From Calonectris borealis (taxonomy: Eukaryota): 64,000 nucleotides of DNA. Each line of letters starts with the position of its first letter. The stretch's first letter is position 1. Position numbers and translations under genes: made by a program. Below the pieces are notes generated by a model. The model was given only the letters and a program-made list of their open reading frames with translations, was not told where the DNA came from and ran no database searches. The stretch covers positions 201,217,140-201,281,139 of the forward strand of contig NC_134312.1 in the NCBI RefSeq assembly GCF_964195595.1, read 5' to 3'. This document shows positions 62,009 through 64,000 of the stretch, piece after piece.

Positions 62009-64000
62009 GTAAAAGTTCTAGAATTCCTTGTCATACATCAATTAATATTTATTTTGTTTCTACATATGATTTGTCATACCTGGAAGTAAGCAAACTCTTT
62101 GCAATGTATAGAACACAGTAAGCTTAAAGAGCAAGTCCTAAGTCACAGTTATGCGTGCATAAAAATTGGTGTCCTTCTCATGATGTGCAGTTATTGAGAG
62201 TCTAACTTCTGTTGATTCCAGCTGGCACAGGTTCCAGTTTAAAATGAAATTGCATTTGGTGGCAGTGTACTTGTTCTCAAAATATTTTTACCTGGAAAGG
62301 TGCACACAGTTTTACAATATTCTGCTATTTCTTCACTGGAAGCTGTGGAAATGGGGTGCTGGTCATTACAGTGGTAGTACTTCACCACAGATATTCATAA
62401 CATGGTGAAGTTGTATGTTCTTTATCTATAGCAACATCTTCTGTTAGTTCTCAAAGTAGCTGTGTACACCGATATATCTGGTTCTGTTTAGATGAAGAGA
62501 GATGTTAGCATTGAATATGATGAAGCATCCATGACACTGGGACAAAAAGGCCTGAAATTACAATGCTCTGATGTTATTGTTTTTTTCCAATGCACGCATG
62601 ACAGTTAATCCACTGTAACTGGCTATATGTTCACTTGTAGCTCTTCCCAATTACTAGATAATTGTGTTAGCTGAAAGTGTTCATAGGCACTTCAATAGAT
62701 CTTGCTGTTAAGGATTAAGAACTCACCTCCTTGTCCACTCTGATAGCAGCTACCTCAGCGCAAATCCCTATGTCTGTTCACTCAAGTGGGGGATGTGGGG
62801 GGGGTGTCTGTGTGAGTCTCTGGAGTAGAATTCCACAACTTATGTGGTGCTATAAAAGTTTTCTCCTCTATTTTACAAGATAGGAAAATATTTATTCACT
62901 TTTTCAGTGTTGTTAGCAGTATCAAACAGTGGCTAAATGACAGATATTAGCTGGTTTAATGGTATCTTAAGAGGAATTGTTAACTCTCCTGTCTTAGAAG
63001 GCTATTGGCAATCTAATATAAAAAAAATAAAACTGATGCTTGCAATGACGAATGTAGTTTTGGATGTAGGAGGTTTTTTTTTCAGTTTGGTTTTCTGAGG
63101 ATATGATTATCAGAACAGGTAGAAGTATGATTTCTTTAATAAATTAAGTGCAGGAGTTGGAGGTAAGACTTAGGTGATCTTTGGATCTTGATCATTAGCT
63201 CACAGCTTCTACTTGCATAGTGCCTTACTTCTGTTTTCACTGGAATTTTAAGGGACTACAAGGAGAATTAAAGGGAAATTTTTCTTATCTATTGGATGAC
63301 AGGTGTGGTCCAGTTGTTGATCTATGGAAGGATTTCTTCAGGCCTCCTGTCTTTCCTTCGGAGGAGCTGGAACTAGCATATATGTATGTGTTGGAGATAT
63401 AGAGATGGGCATGGAGGCCCACCACCCATTGCTGTGGTTTGGTAGGGTACAAAATGTCCAGCCTTCATATGGCCCTCAAGGGCCAGGCCCTCCTGCTACA
63501 TAAGAAAATAAAGACTGGATTACTGAACTTAATCAGTATTTTAATTCTTTTTTTCAGGCAGCTTCATGAGTCTTAATGTTCTCTGATGCTCTTTTTCCCT
63601 TCTCTTGGTCCTTTGTATCAGTTAGTGTTCACTGTAACTAAGATCTTGGAGAGAAGAAAAAAAACCCACACTTTTTTTAAAGCTTTAATTAGTATGAAGT
63701 ATTTCACATTTTAATAAAAACACAGCATAGTAGAAGTTAATGTTAAAAGAGCAGAATTTGAATGTTTTTCCCATGCAGTAGAAATGAGTGTTCTGATTCC
63801 TATTGTTTGCAGATTGGTCAATTAAAGACTAGTGGAACTGTTAATTGGGCAAACTGGAAATAGCATGTGCATTCATAGGTAGAAAAAAATGAAAATTTTG
63901 TTTAGCATAGTATTTCATATTCTTAATTTCCTTCATGTTACACTTACCTAATGGAACATCTTTAAAACAAGAAATACCCGTTGTCTTGATGACACTGATC

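Noticed and set aside
1-64000. Possibility of a prokaryotic defence or accessory system, as hinted by the task framing
   Set aside because: There are no operon-like dense same-strand ORFs and no RBS-spaced genes. The sequence has spliced exons with GT-AG introns, CR1 LINEs, CpG islands and vertebrate protein matches. It is avian nuclear DNA.

Overview
This window is vertebrate, almost certainly avian, nuclear DNA, not a prokaryotic accessory region. Evidence: it is AT-rich with two CpG islands, GT-AG introns, (ATTCTATG)n-tailed CR1 LINEs carrying ORF2 endonuclease/RT, and compact exons whose translations match known vertebrate proteins. I find no defence or other prokaryotic system; the 'novel system' prompt does not apply.

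Three genes are recognisable:
- MPHOSPH8 (MPP8): minus strand, first coding exon at 2598-2858 inside a CpG island at about 2200-3500. The exon holds a poly-Glu/poly-Ala acidic tract and the start of the chromodomain (DVFEVEKILDVKTEG, then a GTGAGT donor).
- PARP4 (vault poly-ADP-ribose polymerase): essentially the whole gene on the minus strand. The start codon is at 55889 and a candidate terminal exon lies at about 8870-9108. About 20 exons were located by protein similarity in the correct order and orientation (BRCT, PARP catalytic, VIT, vWA, S/P-rich and C-terminal regions). PARP4 is transcribed from a CpG island at about 59.5-60.4 kb.
- CENPJ (CPAP): plus strand, diverging from that same CpG island. 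Its first coding exon is 61628-62008.

The shared island carries two inverted ACTACA-type ZNF143/THAP11 (SBS-like) motifs about 45 bp apart, a bidirectional-promoter signature.

PARP4 introns contain several transposon-derived elements:
- a young, nearly ORF-intact CR1 (about 30975-33540, minus strand);
- an older CR1 ORF2 fragment (about 14400-15750, minus strand);
- CR1 3'-tail fragments at 33640-33900 and 53876-54130;
- an ERV-LTR-like GC-rich block (about 24900-25450).
A further CR1 3'-tail fragment lies outside PARP4 at 3640-3845, in the PARP4-MPHOSPH8 intergenic gap.

The most interesting structure is an old tandem duplication of a three-exon cassette in the PARP4 3' region (copy A about 9630-10300, copy B about 10430-11890). 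The two copies have decayed in complementary ways. Copy B keeps a 678-bp S/P-rich exon but has degenerate flanking exons. Copy A keeps the flanking exons but has lost about 870 bp of the S/P exon. Splice phases fit a transcript that joins S/P(B) to F(A) to E(A).

All protein comparisons use vertebrate sequences recalled from memory, so they are approximate. Exon boundaries were read by hand from splice motifs, and many PARP4 exons remain unresolved.
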